Source: Octopus vulgaris (Eukaryota). From it: a DNA stretch of 64,000 nucleotides. A program made the position numbers and the translations under genes. The DNA lies in assembly GCA_951406725.2 (NCBI GenBank), contig OX597839.1:15934001-15998000 (forward strand). Reading direction: 5' to 3'. This document shows positions 26,361-41,029 of the stretch, one piece after another (the stretch's first letter is position 1; each line of letters starts with the position of its first letter). Under the pieces are notes generated by a model, which was not told the origin of the DNA, did no database searches, and saw nothing but the letters and a program-made list of their open reading frames with translations.

Positions 26361-27383
26361 ATATGTTCATTATGAAGTTGATAAATGTGGAGGTGCATGG
26401 CTTAATGGTTGTGGTGTTCATTGTGGTTTCAACCCCTGGACCAAGCAATGATTGTAAGATTGTAGTGATGCATTGTGTTCCTGAGAAAAACACTTCATTT
26501 CACTTTGCTCCAGTCCACCCAGAAAGTAAAAATGTGGAAAACTCAACCATTTTCAGTGTAATGCATAGCTTAGTGGTTAGGGTGTTCGACTCACGATAGT
26601 AAGATTGTGGTTTCAATTCCTGCATTATGTTCTTGAGCAAAACACTTCATTTCACATTGTTCCAGTCCACTCAGCTGACAAAACTGGCTAATCTTGCAAC
26701 GGACCAGTGTCCTGTCCGGGGAGGAATATACATACACCAGAGAAACCAGGAAACCTGGCCCAATGCTCCTTACAGAGTAAAACAGACAAACCATGAAGTT
26801 GCTAAAGATGTCAGAGATGATAGAAATGGATTCTGCAGTGAGGTGTTTCCACAGAAGGAATGATTAAAACCTTGCAAACAATTAGCAAGAGGGATAACAG
26901 TAATAAAATCAGTTGACTGAAATTTTTTCATAATATAAGCCAATATAGATTGGAGTGAATCTGCTGATGAAAACCAACTGATGAAAGCAACAGACATGTT
27001 TCAGCCTTATTAGAACTTCTCAGCAAAGCAGGTTCTTTTCATTTAGCAAGACTATGAATTATTAATATTTATAGAAAGAGAGGGAATGAAATGATGGTGA
27101 TAATAAAGGTTCACCTTTGTTATGACTCTGCAAGAAAGGACTTTTTACCAAACAGTCCCGTGGGACTGAATGCACCAATAGCAATGAAGGAGACCCTAAG
27201 TGGTTGTTTTGACCTGCTAGAATTAAAAACCAAACTCCCTCACATCACATCCATCAAGGAAGAATTCACTGGATCGTCAAGGATGAAATATCTCTGATCA
27301 TAACTTAATTTGGTTAAGGTTGAACCTGACCTAGGGCTAAACAGCAACATTCATAGAGAAGGTTTCAACTTGGTTGATGAGTC

Positions 27384-27620
27384 CATGTCTGGTAAATTCA
27401 CCGCCATGAATTCATCACAGGGAAAGTTCACCATCATCAATTCACTGCAGGGAGAGTTCATTGTCATCAATTCACCATTTTTTTCTCAATAAAGTAGTTT
27501 TTAACTATTAATGGCGGGATACCATGGATATATTTTCTTGGTAAACTTTCCTCATGGTGAACATTCTTCATGGTGAATTGAGGGTAGTGAACTTTCCCTG
27601 TGATGAACTTACCTGTAATC
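27384..27620. mobile_element. MITE with repetitive subterminal inverted arms and 8-bp TSD (MULE/foldback-like)
   Basis: GATGAGTC direct repeat at 27376-27383 and 27621-27628. Arms built of ~15-bp AATTCACC / GGTGAA(C/T)T units. Confidence 0.75.
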
Positions 27621-29453
27621 GATGAGTCAAAGCTGGTGCCTCTATGTGGTTACTCGGTTTGCTAGAAATAGCATGCAAAACTCCCTTAAATCAAATTACA
27701 ATCCATGTAGTTTCAGTGAGTTCAGTCCTACTGCAGGTCATCTTAGTCAACAAAGCCTTGTTAGAGGATTTGGCAGATGGAAACTGAAAGAAGTCTATAC
27801 GAGAATGTGTGTGTGTGTGTGTGTCTGTCTTTTTGTGTTTATGTTGTGTTTATCCTCCAGTGTTGGTTTGTATACATCCCTGTAACCTAAATTCACAAAA
27901 AAGAGATTGGTAGAATAGGTACCAGACTTTAAAAATTAGGTACCGGGATCAATTTGTTTGATTAAACCCTTCAAGGCAGTGCCCCAACATAGCTCTGCAG
28001 CCTAATAAATGAAACAAGTAAAGGATACACACACACATACATATATTTTATGTGTGTGTGTGTGTGTGTGTGTATCTATGTGTGACTGTAGCACAGTCAC
28101 AGACTATGGAATAACCACTGAGGCATTAAGAATCATTAACACCTGCATTTGACTCCATTTCTTAATTTATCCATGTTATACAAAAACATTTCACTTAACC
28201 CTGTAATTTCTACCTTTATAAATAGGCTGTAATATCATTGGCACTTATGTGAATTTTTGCTACCCTGGTAACTATTTATTTATTTTTTCCTTGTTATTTG
28301 TACAATTAAAAAATTAAAAAATACATACATTTATAATATATAGTTATTAATAAGGGATTATAAATCCGGGCAAAATACTTGTCAAGCTCTCTGTTAATAC
28401 AAATACACCAAGCTAACAAAATGCTTTCAGATTGGTTATAGAACTCCAGATAATCCTAAGGCTAGGTCCTCAGTCAAAGTCTATATCACCAGTTGATTTT
28501 GTAAATCCATGGTTGCACTCCCCAGTTAAACCGCTCCTTTTCACTGAGTGATATACAAGAAAATGCATAAATAGTAGGCTTTACATATTTCTTTATTTGT
28601 GCATCTATGTCTTACCGCTGTTTCTGATAAACATTGTAGGTGTGTTCATAGTTCCATATTACTCAATCAGTTGACTGTATGATTGCAAAAAATTGAATGA
28701 TCTTAAATACTATCATCATTAAAGTCGGTGCATGGAATAGTATTTGTTGAGGTCATTCAAATTTTTCAGTCAATCACTCATCTGATTGTGTACATGGAAC
28801 CATGAATGCACCAATGATGCACGTCAGAAACAGCTGTAAGTCGAAGATGCACAAACAAAGAAATAAGTGAAACCTATTATTTATGCTTTTTCTTGAGCAT
28901 GTGCGTGCATGTATACACACACATACACACATATATATATCATATATCCATTTTGTTCCCCACCTAAAAATAACCCCCTACAGCATGAAGAGGTACAGTA
29001 GAAGATCAGGATACGAATGGTGGGAAGTAATTAAAAATGCTGCCACTTACGTGAAGAAGAACTCATTGTCGTTTTGCATGTAGATGGTTAGAGAAAAGGG
29101 TGGTCAAAGCAAAGATTATTGTTTATGGTCAGAATTGGTTAATCTGTAAGAGCAAAAAGGCAGAAAGAGAAAAAAAACCAGTTAATAGCAGATTAGACAT
29201 TACAGTTCATTCTTTATTTCTTTTTATTATGTGTTAGTCAGATGAGCAGTGGTAGATGGCGTGGTGTATGTGTGTGTGGGGAGGTCTGCGTCCCTAATCT
29301 TTGCAGATTTCTGCCCTCTCCTTCTAGTTGCCCTGCCACTACAATCTGGGGAGCTGTAACAAGGCAGTGGTGAGATCAACTGCAAAAAATAGCAAATGAA
29401 TGCATTTGTTAAAGTGCAGCAGCATCACTGCATATGCGTGTTTTCAGGATTAA

Positions 29454-30488
29454 CCATTCAGCATTCAGATTATCTTGTGAAACGTAATGCTTGTTCATTC
29501 ACATTGTTTTGAATTAATCATGCATTACCTTGTATTGATGAGATTTTGATAAGGTAACTGTTAATGTTTTAGAATGACATTGTAGGGGAGGTGTGACATG
29601 CCCAATCTGGCTTGTTTGAACATAAACAAGTGGAATATTTTGACCAGATATGGCCGGTTTAAACCATTAGAATTCAGATTTTTCTGTCAAATGTAATGTT
29701 TATTTATTCACATTGTTTTTAATTAATCATGCATTATCTTATAGATTTGAGATTTCAATGATGTCACTGTTTACTTTCAGTATGACATTATAGGGTCGGT
29801 GTGAGAGACCACATCAGACCAGTTTCAACATAAAAAATATTTTGGCCGGATATTGCTGGTTTGAAATGCTAAAGGGTTAAAGATGAAAAGTGTGTATAAT
29901 TATTTAACAGGTTAGTTTTTGAGAAATAGATAGATATATAAAAAGAAACATTTAAAAAAAGAAAAAAAGATGACAATTTGAATTCAAACGGTGTTGAGAC
30001 GCACAGTTTACATTTGATTGGTAAGTGTGGGAGAGGGGAAGAAAAAATATATCCATGATTAGATACCTTAACCCTTTAGTATTCAGATTACTCCGTCAAA
30101 TGCAATGTCTATTTATTCACATTTAATTAATCATGCATTATCTCGTTGCTTTGAGATTTTGATGATGTGATTGTTTATTTTGAGAGTGACATTGTAGAGC
30201 AGGTGTAAGAGACCAGATCTGGACAGTTTGAACATAAAACAAGGAGAATATTTGAGCAGAATATGACTAGTTTAACCCTTTGACATTCAGTTTACTGTCA
30301 AATATAAAGCTTATTTATTCATATTTAATTAATCATGCATTATCTTGTAGCTTCAAGATTTCAATGATGTGATCATTTATTGTCAAAATGACATTGTAGA
30401 GTAGGTGTGAGAGGCCAAATCTGGCTGGTATCAACATAAAACACATAGAATATTTGGGTCTGATATAGCTGGTTTCAATGCTAACAGG
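29454..30488 (+). mobile_element. Two dimers of a ~210-bp piggyBac-like MITE (29454-29876 and 30072-30488)
   Basis: Termini TTAA-CCCTTTAG.ATT / ATGCTAAAGGG-TTAA, four homologous units. Further copies at ~33905-34095 and 63335-63435 (-). Confidence 0.75.
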
Positions 30489-31024
30489 TTAATAAAATAA
30501 ACCAAATGCAATCAGCTGAGAAAGGTAATTAAAAATACCTAAAAAGCAAACTGAAATTGAGTTTCGATTTAAAAGATAGAATTAGTTCAATTAAATGTTT
30601 TTCTTTTCCTAATTTTGAATTTGTAGTTGGTGTAGCATCTGAAGAAGCTCATAAAGATTGGAGGGATAGTGGTGCAGTTAAGAAATTCAAGCTTTAAACA
30701 TGAGGTCACGTTGTGTAATACATTGGATAACTACCTTCTAATAAATCCTTGAATATACCAAGCCTGGTGCAGCTCCTGACAAACTGTGCAACCCATGCCA
30801 GTATGGAAAATGGATGTTACATGATGATGATGATGAATAAAAACAGATGAATGGGTTATTTGATGTTGCTGCAGTTGCTTCATTAGGCATTTTTATTTTG
30901 ATGTAAGCGTAATACAATTAGTTAAATAGTGTAATTACATTACATGACTCCCAACTCATCAGTGGTGTGCTTTACTTTGTTATGCCTTGATCCACTAAGG
31001 ATCCTTTGTAACTGAAACTATATA

Positions 31025-31242
31025 CAAGGAGGTGTTGAAAAGTTCCTGGCTTTAAAGGGTATCATGAAAGGTCTGGTGGGAGGTCCAACCTTCCAGGTTC
31101 TTTTACAGGGTTTAGAAAAACTGAAGAACCGCTGTAATAAGTATGTGAATCTGAGAGGGAAATCTCATGATTAAATTCATAATTAACTGATCCTCCTGTA
31201 TTTTCTTTTACCCAAAACCAGGAACTTTTCAGCAGCTCCTCA
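31025..31242 (+). mobile_element. Mariner-derived MITE
   Basis: TIRs AGGAGGTGTTGAAAAGTTCCTGG / CCAGGAACTTTTCAGCAGCTCCT. Internal relic GLEKLKNRCNKYVNLRG resembles a mariner C-terminus. Confidence 0.75.
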
Positions 31243-31274
31243 TCTCGCTCTCTCTCTCTCTATATATATATATT

Positions 31275-31312
<38 letters not shown>

Positions 31313-34128
31313 AAGTCATTTAAAAGTCCATAAGTCAGGAAAAAGATGCACTCGTATTACTGTCAATAGAGTGGGTATATCATCCAAAGTGACATTGTAA
31401 CATTGTAACTACATGGTTTCATGTTCAATCTAACTGCATGGCACTTTGGGCATGTGTTTTCTGTTGAAGCTTTGGGGATACCAAAGGAACTGGAAGACAA
31501 ACTGTATGGAAAGCCTGCCATATGTACGTTTGTATGCAGTGTTTGTGTGTGGTTGTGTTATTCTCTGTATCTTCATATGAAACTAATCAAAATGGTCATG
31601 TCAAGTTTATAATCCCTGATTCCCTGTTAACAAATGCTTTCAAAAACAAATGGAATTTAAAAAAAAAAACAACTCCTTACTTGAAAAATGTTAAAAATTA
31701 GTGAAAGGAAGCTCATCCAGCTGTAAAACAATGCCTCCATAATGAGTACTCATCTAATCCATGCTGACATGGAAAAAGACATAAAACGAAGGAATGGTAT
31801 GGTAATAATATACATATATATATATATATACAAGACAAAAGATGGCCAAAGAATTATAGCTGGCAGGAATTCATTTTTATATATGAGATGTTATAGATAT
31901 TTGTAGTACATGATGAAAATATATCTTTACAGCTGTTTCAAAGATTCAGTGACTGTTTGATGCTACAATGCACATTATGCAACAGGTGTACATAATGAGG
32001 CAATAATTATTCACAACAATTACGCATGAATATTATCTACTCATATGAAGCATGATATGTTAATATCTTCAAGCTGGAAACACTGAATATTTCTGTAGAT
32101 TAATGATATCTTCATTGGTATGTTAATATAGCGTACGGTTGTTGTGCAATGTTCAAGTAATGGCATGCAGTTAGTTGATGGAATGCCCCATCTGTAACCC
32201 ATAGCTCTATTGTTTCAGATCTCCCAGAACCATGAAACACATTCCGACATACAGCGTTAACCAGTTACAGATGACTCATCTTGTAATCATTCATTTGTCT
32301 GGTTTCCCTTTTATCTGTTTCAGTCATTTGACTGCGGCCATACTGGAGCACTGCCTTTAGTTGAACAAATCGACCACAGAACTTATTCTTTGTAAGCCTA
32401 GTACTTATTCTATTGGTCTCTTTTGCTGAACCGCTAAGTTACAGGGACATAAACACACCAGCAAGCGATGGTAGGGGGGACAAACGCAGACACACAAAGT
32501 TATACATATATATACGATGGGCTTCTTTCAGTTTCCATCTACCAAATCCACTCACAAGGTTTTGGTTGGCCTGAGGCTATAGTAGAAGACACTTGCCCAA
32601 GGTGCTATGCAGTGGAACTGAACCCAGAACTAAGTGGATGGTAAGCAAGCTACTTACCACACAGCCACTCCTGCACCTATTTATTTGTGCATGTATATTG
32701 TTATTGAAGTTCAGCCCTGATTGAGCAGATATTTTGTAGAGGAGTAGAGTTAATCTGTGATATAAAATACAAGCCTGGCCCTCAAGGTGATGAGGACCAT
32801 CTAGTCATTCTCATTGTGACTTTGTTTAAACCTCACTCTCTTGTCCATGACCATCTTCAGTCCAGTGGCAAGACTAGGTCAAGACATCTGGGGATGGAGA
32901 CAGATGTAGTAGATGACCAGGGTGTCTTACTTGCCTCATCTTGCTCTCTGTATCCCACAATGCATCATTACAGCAACCTTCCTCTCCTGTTGAACCATGA
33001 AGGTTTCTTCTGCAGAGTCTGCCAGACACAGTCTTCCCATGCATAAGTAAGCAACAAGCCTCAACATGTTAATTAACCCACAACTGGGACCCTGATACTT
33101 GCTACAACTCCAGGTCAGAGTAGACCTGGGAACAAATAGTTGCTAAGAAGTTGTTCCACACTCCTCAAGCCTTCGAACTCCCAAATCAAGGCCCCACTAA
33201 CAGATGCAGTTTTAAAGTCATATGTAGTATATAAAACACCTCATTACTCCCAATACTTACAGTGAACAAGGTGGGTAACTTCACTCCTGTACTAGTCATG
33301 ACAGAAAGTCCTTGCTCCTCAAGTCTTGCCTCACGAAAGACTTGACAACTTCTCTACTGCTGGTGACATGAAAAGTGCACCCAGTACACTCTGCAAAGTA
33401 GTTGGTGACAGCAAGAGCATCCAGCCATAGAAACCAAGTAGAAAAGACATATATGAGCACCAGTCTTTGAGAGTAGTGGCTCCCAATAAGAACTGACAAT
33501 CCATTCAACCCATACCGGCATGTAAAGTGGACATACGATGAAGATGATGGTGGTGATGGTGATGATGATCATTGTGCTGATGATGATGGTGAAGATGATG
33601 GCATTGTTGTTGGTGATGATGATGATGACAATGATGATTAGAAGGAAGATGATGGTAGTGATAATGATGATGATGATGATGAATTTGGTATTGTGCAACT
33701 CCATCAACAGAGAATGAAAAAACAAAATTTAATCAGTCAAGTTGATTTGAACTTGGATGTCTAACATTCATGTATGGAACACAACAGACAGAAAACTGCA
33801 GTAGCAGCAACAGTTAATTCTTAGTGCAGTTCTACCACTGAAAACTGGGTCATTGGAGTTATTGTACTGATCAAACAGATTTTATCTTTTAGAATCAAAA
33901 TTTTTACCCTTTGGCATTTACTCCAGCCATATCAGACCCAAATACCAGTTCCGTGTTCAAACTAGCCAGATCCGGCTTCTCACACTCAAACCACAATATC
34001 ATTCTAAAAATAAACAATCACATCATTGATGTCTCAAAGCTTTGAGATAATGCAGGATTAATTCAAAACAATGTGAATAAATAAATATTACATTTAACAT
34101 CACTTGATGATGATGATGATGAACTGTC

Positions 34129-34362
34129 TAGGGCTGTGGAGTTGAAACAAAAATCTTCAACTCCGACTCCGATACTATTGGCACCTCCGACTCTGACTCC
34201 TCTTTATGTACTAAAGTGATTGTAGTCTACCTATGTCATAAAGCATATGCATATGTTTGTACTTTGAGTAGGCCTACATGTTACAACTGGTTTATATTAA
34301 AGACTAAAGATATTGTGAGTTGGAGCTGGAGTCACTATAGTTTTACCAACTCTGACTCTGTC
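34129..34362. mobile_element. hAT-like MITE relic with GGAGTC/GACTCC subterminal repeats
   Basis: Starts AGGGCTGTGGAGTTG and has repeated CTCCGACTCCGA. Right terminus degenerate. Confidence 0.55.
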
Positions 34363-35449
34363 GAATGAATACTAGAGTTAAGGTGTGAGGAAATTAACCC
34401 AGTCAATCAACAAACAATTATAACAGACTCAGCTCACTTCTAACTCAGTTGTGCATTTAAAACTTTGCATGGAAATGCAAATACTACACTCCCCTCTTCC
34501 TTACCCTCTCACCTATTCACTGTGCTATGACACACGACATTTAATCTTTCTGTATTCAACCACTCCACCATCACCCTTGACCATTCTACCCTTCTCCTAC
34601 ACCATCATTCCTCTATTACTGCACCACCTTCCCATCTTAACACCAGCACAATGGTACCCCTGTACCATTTCACTAACAATTATTCTCTCTCACCCTCATG
34701 TGATCCTTCACTAACATCTACCATTCACACAAACTATTGCCCATCTTTATCTCTACCCAACACTCTTTCTTACAATCATCTAGCTTTGTGGCTAGTCCCA
34801 CATGCTGCTCATGTAGTTTTTTTATTCACTCCCTTTATAAACAACCAACATGTAGCTATCACTATCCCTTTCATTACATAGCCCCTTCATCTACCATCCT
34901 TTCACTCCTCTCACCAGACTCATGTTCTCTCTCTTCTTTCACCTGCATGGTCATCAGTCTCTCTTTTATTCACCTCTCAGTCACATTTACCTTGATAGAA
35001 TGGAGACAGCATAGAGAGAACCCTTTAGTCTTAAAGGGGACAAGTTTACCTCACTATTGTTGGTAGCACAATAAAATGCATCCAGTACACCCGGTGAAAT
35101 AGTTGGTGTTAGGGAGGGCATCCAGCCATAGAACCCATACTAAAAGAAAAAAAAATGAACGCAAGACATGGTCCTCCAAAGTGTATTTGATGGCAGTAAA
35201 GCCAAATAAGAACTGACATGGATAATGATGACACACCCAATCTTTACCAGCAGAGGAAATGGATGTAAAATGAAGTTCATTATCACCATTCTCATCTCAT
35301 CATTTAATGTCATTTCCCATACTGGTATGGGTTGGATGGTCTGACAGAGTCCAGCAAGTCGCAGAGCTGTGTCAAGCTCCAAATGTCAGCTTTGGCATGG
35401 TTTCAACAGCAGGATGCCCTTCCTAATGCCAACCACTTTAGTGTGTTGT

Positions 35450-35742
35450 GGAGGCACTTGGCCTAGTGGTTAAAGCAGCAGACTTGCGGTCGAGGGATCG
35501 CAGGTTTGAATCTCAGACCGGGCGATGTTTGTGTTTATGAGCGAAACACCTAAGCTCCACGTGGCTCCGACAGAAGGTAATGGCGAACTTCTGCTGACTC
35601 TTTCGCCACAACTTTGTCTCACTCTTTCCGCCTGCATCTTACAGCTCACCTGTGACGGACCGGCGTCCCATCCAGGTGGGGAACCTATACACCAAGAAAC
35701 CGGCCCTTATGAGCCAGGCATGGCTCAAGAAGGATCAAACAA
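35450..35742 (+). mobile_element. tRNA-derived SINE, third family
   Basis: A box TGGCCTAGTGG, B box GGTTTGAATC, body GACGGACCGGCGTCCCATCCAGG. Reverse copy at 63720-64000. Nested in an RTE tail. Confidence 0.8.
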
Positions 35743-36726
35743 CTTTAGTGTGTACTGGGGGCTTTTCTCATGCCACTAGCACTAGTAAAGTCTCTAAGTA
35801 ACTTGCAAGACAAAAGAGTAGAAAAAGAATAAAAGAAAAGCAGCCCCACTCAACTAAATCAGGAACAGAGTATCTAAGACAGGGAAAGAGGTGTTTACAC
35901 CAGCTGTTGAGTGGCTAAAGTAATCCAGCCTCTCTGTTGTAATGGTTCTGAATTTGAAACAAGACTGTATTCAGATCCAGCAGATTCTGAAGAATTCAAA
36001 ACCAAATACCAATAAAATAAAGGAGGGCGGAGTATGAGGTTTAATCAGTACAAATAGTACGGAGTGGAGATTACAAAAAGTTCATACGCAAGGTGCAGGT
36101 ATGGCTGTGTGGTAATAAATTTGTTTTCCAACCACATGGTTCCAGGTTCAGTCCCACTGTATAGCACTTGAGCATGTCTTCTAATATAGTCCTGGGCCAT
36201 TTAAAACCTTGAGTGGATTTAGTAGACAGAAACTGAAAGAAGCTCATAAGCCTGTTGTGTGTGTGTATGCAGTCATGGCTGTGTGGTAAGATGCTTGTTT
36301 CCAACCACATAGTTTTGGGTTCAGTCTCACTGCTTGACAACTTGGGCGAGTGTCTTCTACTAAAGCTCCAAGTCAACCAAAGCCTTGTGAGTGGATTTGG
36401 TAGATGGAAGCTAAAAGAAGTTCATCATATATATATAAAATTCAGTGTGTTGTGTTCCATTACTTAATAAATAAAAAAATGTATGGTAAATAAACAAATG
36501 GCATAACGTATACTGAATGTAAAAATGAAGAGGAGACAAACAGAAGGCCTGTAATTCTTCATCAGTTAAAGACCAATAAGAAACCTTCAGTTTCGCACCT
36601 TTAACGATAAAGGTGCAAAACTGAATATTACTAATTGGTTAATAACGATGAAGAATTACGAACCTTCTGTTTTTACATTCAATATAAGTTATCTTGTTTG
36701 TTTATTTACCATACATTTTTTTCATT

Positions 36727-36769
<43 letters not shown>

Positions 36770-39044
36770 TGCATGTATGTATATATGTATTATGTGTGTG
36801 TATCCATGTGTTTGCCCACCACTACCACCACCACTTGACATCCAGTGTTAGCTTATGTCCTGTAACTTACCAGTTTGTCAAAATGAGATTGCTAGAATAA
36901 GCATCAGGCCTAAAAATAAATACTGGGTTTGATTTGTTTGAGGCAATGCCCCAGCATGGCTGCAGCCCAATGACTGAAACAAGTAAAGGATAAGATATTT
37001 GTGCATGTGTGTGTTTACATCCCTTTAACCAAGCAGCTTGGCAAAAAGAGATTGATAGAATAGGTACCAGGCTTTAAAAAAATAGCTATTGGGATCAATT
37101 TGTTTAACTGAACCCTTCATGGCAGTGCCTCAGCATGGCCACAGTCCAATGACCAAAGCAAATAAAAGGTATGCATACATACATGAAACTTGGGAGTCTC
37201 TACTCGATCAGGAATGAACAATGAGGGGGGACTATGTGGTCACTCGATTTGTTAGAAATAGCAGTTAAATTCCTCTCAAATTACATCCTACTAGCTTTAA
37301 AAAAAAGGGGGGAAGGACAAATTGGATAATGCAATCCTGAATAGATTGTCTAAGATGGGATGACCATGGTTGGAATGCTTTGATCAATACGGGTTAAACA
37401 ATAATAAAAGGAAACCTATAACCGGTTGCTCGATCTGCTAAAAATAGCAGTCAAATCACCCTGAAACCATACCTGTCATCATAAAAAGAGGGCATATGGG
37501 ACAAAGCAGTCCCAGACTCATCGACCAGGATTCACTAGAGGCTAGTTTAAGGGGATAGTGAACAAAAGACTTGATATTGGTTTTGCTCCCTTTGTTCTGT
37601 TTTTGCTATCTCTCATTTCTTCTTTTATTCATAGTTATTTCTTTATAGGCTACAAAAGCAACAAACAGACATTATTTTGCTTCACTCTATAATTCATTCA
37701 TATTATAAAGTTCGTTACTTTATTATTATTATTGCGACTTCACCTTTCCAGGTTGATGAATTAAGTACCAGTGAAACACTGGGGTCAATGTAATTGACTA
37801 GTCCCCTCCCCACAAATTTCAGGTCTTGTACCTATAGTATAAAAGACTATTACTACTACACTTTTTTTTTTTTTTTTTGCTTTAACAGACACACCCTACA
37901 ATTAGTATATTGCTTTGTGTTATTAATTAGTGACTGATGCATTTTGCTTTGGTTTGCTTTCGTGTAGATAATAGAGTGGTCATCATCATCATCATCGTCA
38001 TCACCATCACCATACGTTTTGAGTATAAACTGCGCCAGAGTTCAGTTTGCTTCTCACCTTGCATGGAAATGACCATAATAATTATTATACTCGACCCGTT
38101 GCATTTGATTATATACCCTTACCGCTATTCTTGTAGTGATTTCAGCCACTGGACTGCAGCCATTCATTCTAGGGAAACTGTCGAAATTCATTACTTATTT
38201 TATCGGTCTCCATTTCTGGAACCGCTAAGTTACGGGACAAAGAGGGACACAACACTAGCAATTTTTCAACTGCTATAAAGTAAACACATATGTACGTACG
38301 TACGCATGCATGCACACACACACACACATACACACATGTATGACAAGCTGCCATCAAACAATTTATATTCACAAGGTACTGGTCAACTCGAGGCTAAAGT
38401 AAAAAAAAACACTTGCCCAAGGTATCAAGCACTATCCATATAAAATTATAAATGAAGAAAATTGACCGAGAGTTTAGTTAGAAATAAACCACCGTTCTAT
38501 GTTTACATAGAATTTTAACCCTAATTGTATATAATGTTTTAGATACACCGCCTTCGCGGTAAGGAAATTATTGTTGTTGTTGCGATGGTGTGGTGGGGAT
38601 ATCGTATCCCTTTAATATCTCTTGAAAAAGTAAGAAGCAATAAGAAGAGAGAACAAAAGTGTGTGTATACACACACATATATATATATATATATATACAC
38701 ACACACGTTACTAGATTAGCTAAATGTTTTTTGGGGTGTTTTTTTCTGCTTTTCTTCCACAAAATATAGTTCGTGGCTTGTTTGTTTACGTTATACATTA
38801 AAAAAAAAATTTAATAAAAATATCAGCCTTGTCAACGAGTTAACTATAAAAGTCCGTCGTATATTGTAATTTAATATTTGTTTCCTTTTTCGGATATGAA
38901 GACAAATCCAGAAACAAATTCCTAATTAGCATTAAACGAAAATAAGAGAAAGAATAATTAAGCTATTGGTTTGCTTACGAATTATATTAATAATACATAT
39001 ATATCTATATCTATCCATATAGATATATATATACACACACACAC

Positions 39045-39450
39045 ACGTAGACGCATGCATAGATCCCCGTCGTTCTTAACGAGCTGACTAATGTTACACA
39101 AGAGAGAACGATAGCCTTTTGTCCAGCGATGACGATTTCGCCAGCAAGGACACTGAAAGGGGCTGTCTGTGAGAGAGAGCCAACGAACGTACTGGCTATT
39201 CCGATAAATTAAATAGCCATCACCGAGACACCACGGCCTAAATACCTCGTCAGAAACGCGAATAAAACCGCACCGAGACTAGTTTATTCTATGGAGGGTA
39301 ATAACAGCGAGGTTTGAAAAGGTGAAAGGCCACAGTAATTGGTTCTTCAGTTGAGGAATTTCTTACCTGCTATATGAACAAACCTCCCAGCGTCGAACCT
39401 CCATCTTGAATATACAAACAATAGTTCCCATCTTAAAATGAGCCCGAGGA
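39045..39450 (-). promoter_or_regulatory. CpG-rich unique region; candidate promoter/first exon of the zinc-finger gene
   Basis: High CpG density, non-repetitive. Minus-strand CAAGATGG (ATG 39404-39402) followed by consensus donor CAG|GTAAGA (exon end 39367). Confidence 0.45.
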
Positions 39451-40166
39451 GATTAAATTATCTTGCTTTGTATATCAGTTTTTTCTACCTAAATAATACC
39501 ATTAGCCAATTCTAATGTTATAAATCCAACAAAAACTGTTGCTTTTTATAAATTCTATTCCATAAACTTAAAGAAAATGAGATGTATACATCGCTATAAT
39601 ATATGTTCTTAAACTATCACATGGGAGCAAATTAAGGGAGTTTTATAGATATTTTGTGATTAAAATGGAGAAAAAAAGTCTCTTGTTTTCACACATTTTA
39701 GAAGAATAAAGTCAATTTTACAATAAAACAAGTATATATAGTTAGTCATAAGAGTAAACAGATTTATCGATTTTCGGTTGTAAATTAAGAGTAAACATCT
39801 AACACCGTGTGTGGGACAACATATTCAAGGGAGACAAATGGGTTGAGACTGATTCTTCCCGCAATCCCAAACGTTGTTTTGGTTGATAAAGGTTTTGGCT
39901 GTGTTCAGTGAATCAACATACACTATAGGGCCCTGGCAAACTAGCAGTATATCGAGAGATTGTACCATCTGCTATATAGACCCGGCAAAGTGGAAATACT
40001 GAGTGAATACATTTACTATATGGCCTCCTAGAGTAGCAGTATAATAAATGAATATATTATATTAAACGGGCTCAGCAAAATAGAATTGTTTTAAGTGAAT
40101 GTATTACACCATATGGATCTCTTAAAACTTAATTATATTTAGTGAATATATTTTTTCCATGCGATC

Positions 40167-40286
40167 CTTCGGTATAGGTACCGTAAGTGGTTTTGTTTAC
40201 ATTTCTGAAGATAACAGAAATCCTTTTCTCCCCCCCCCCCATATATATATATTAAAAAAAACACTTTCTTGAAATGTATCCGGTAC
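40167..40286. mobile_element. Small MITE
   Basis: Inverted termini CTTCGGTATAGGTACCGTAAGT / ACTTCCGGTACCTATACCGAAG. Confidence 0.65.
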
Positions 40287-41029
40287 TTCCGGTACCTATA
40301 CCGAAGTTACGCCCTTTTCCAGTCATGGGTAATCTGCGGCCCGAGGACTTTCTGAGTGGTAACAAAAAATTATCTTGAATTCGTTTTTTAGTGGGGCCGC
40401 CCGCCGAAGATGAGCCATGTCTCATGCTGTTTGCTTCTAAAGACCCTGCAAAATAGAAGTATTCGGTGAATATATTATATATTATGTGGACCTTGCAAAA
40501 TAGAATAAGATTCAGTAATTATATTACACAATATAGACCGACCAAAGCCTTGTGAGTCTATTTGGTACACACATGTATGTGTGTTTGTGTTTGTTCCCCG
40601 CCACCGCTTGGCAACCGGTGTTGGTTTATTTACGTTCCCATAACCTAGCGATTCAGCGAAAACAAATCCAATACCAGACTTTAAAATAAATATAAGTACT
40701 AAGGTCGACTTGTTCGACTAAAGCCTTCCAGACGATGCCCCAGCATGGCCGCAGTCTAATGATTGAAACAAGTAGAAAATAAAAGAAAGCTGAACTCCAA
40801 CAAATGGATTGAGTGAATTATATTACAGGGCTTTTTGTTTTTTTTCAGGAACAGCTTGATAATAATGATAATGAAATTATTGTATACAGTGCTGAGGTGC
40901 ACCACAAACGAGTGAACAGTCAATTTCTTTATTAACCATGAGGTTGAGAAAAAGAGAGGACGATACGAGGACAGACAAAACAAACATTGGGGTCAGGGTA
41001 TCGAATGAGACGAAACAAAAGATATACAA

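Noticed and set aside
31928-32072. Hammerhead with large stem II insert (minus UUGAAGA ... GAAACAGCUGUA)
   Set aside because: The palindromic stem III is suggestive, but stem I and the 3-8 pair are not intact. At most a decayed relic.
35450-35522. tRNA gene (also the tRNA-like CCA-ending piece at ~12048-12112 on minus)
   Set aside because: A/B boxes are present, but the cloverleaf is imperfect or truncated. The 35450 copy continues into a SINE body.
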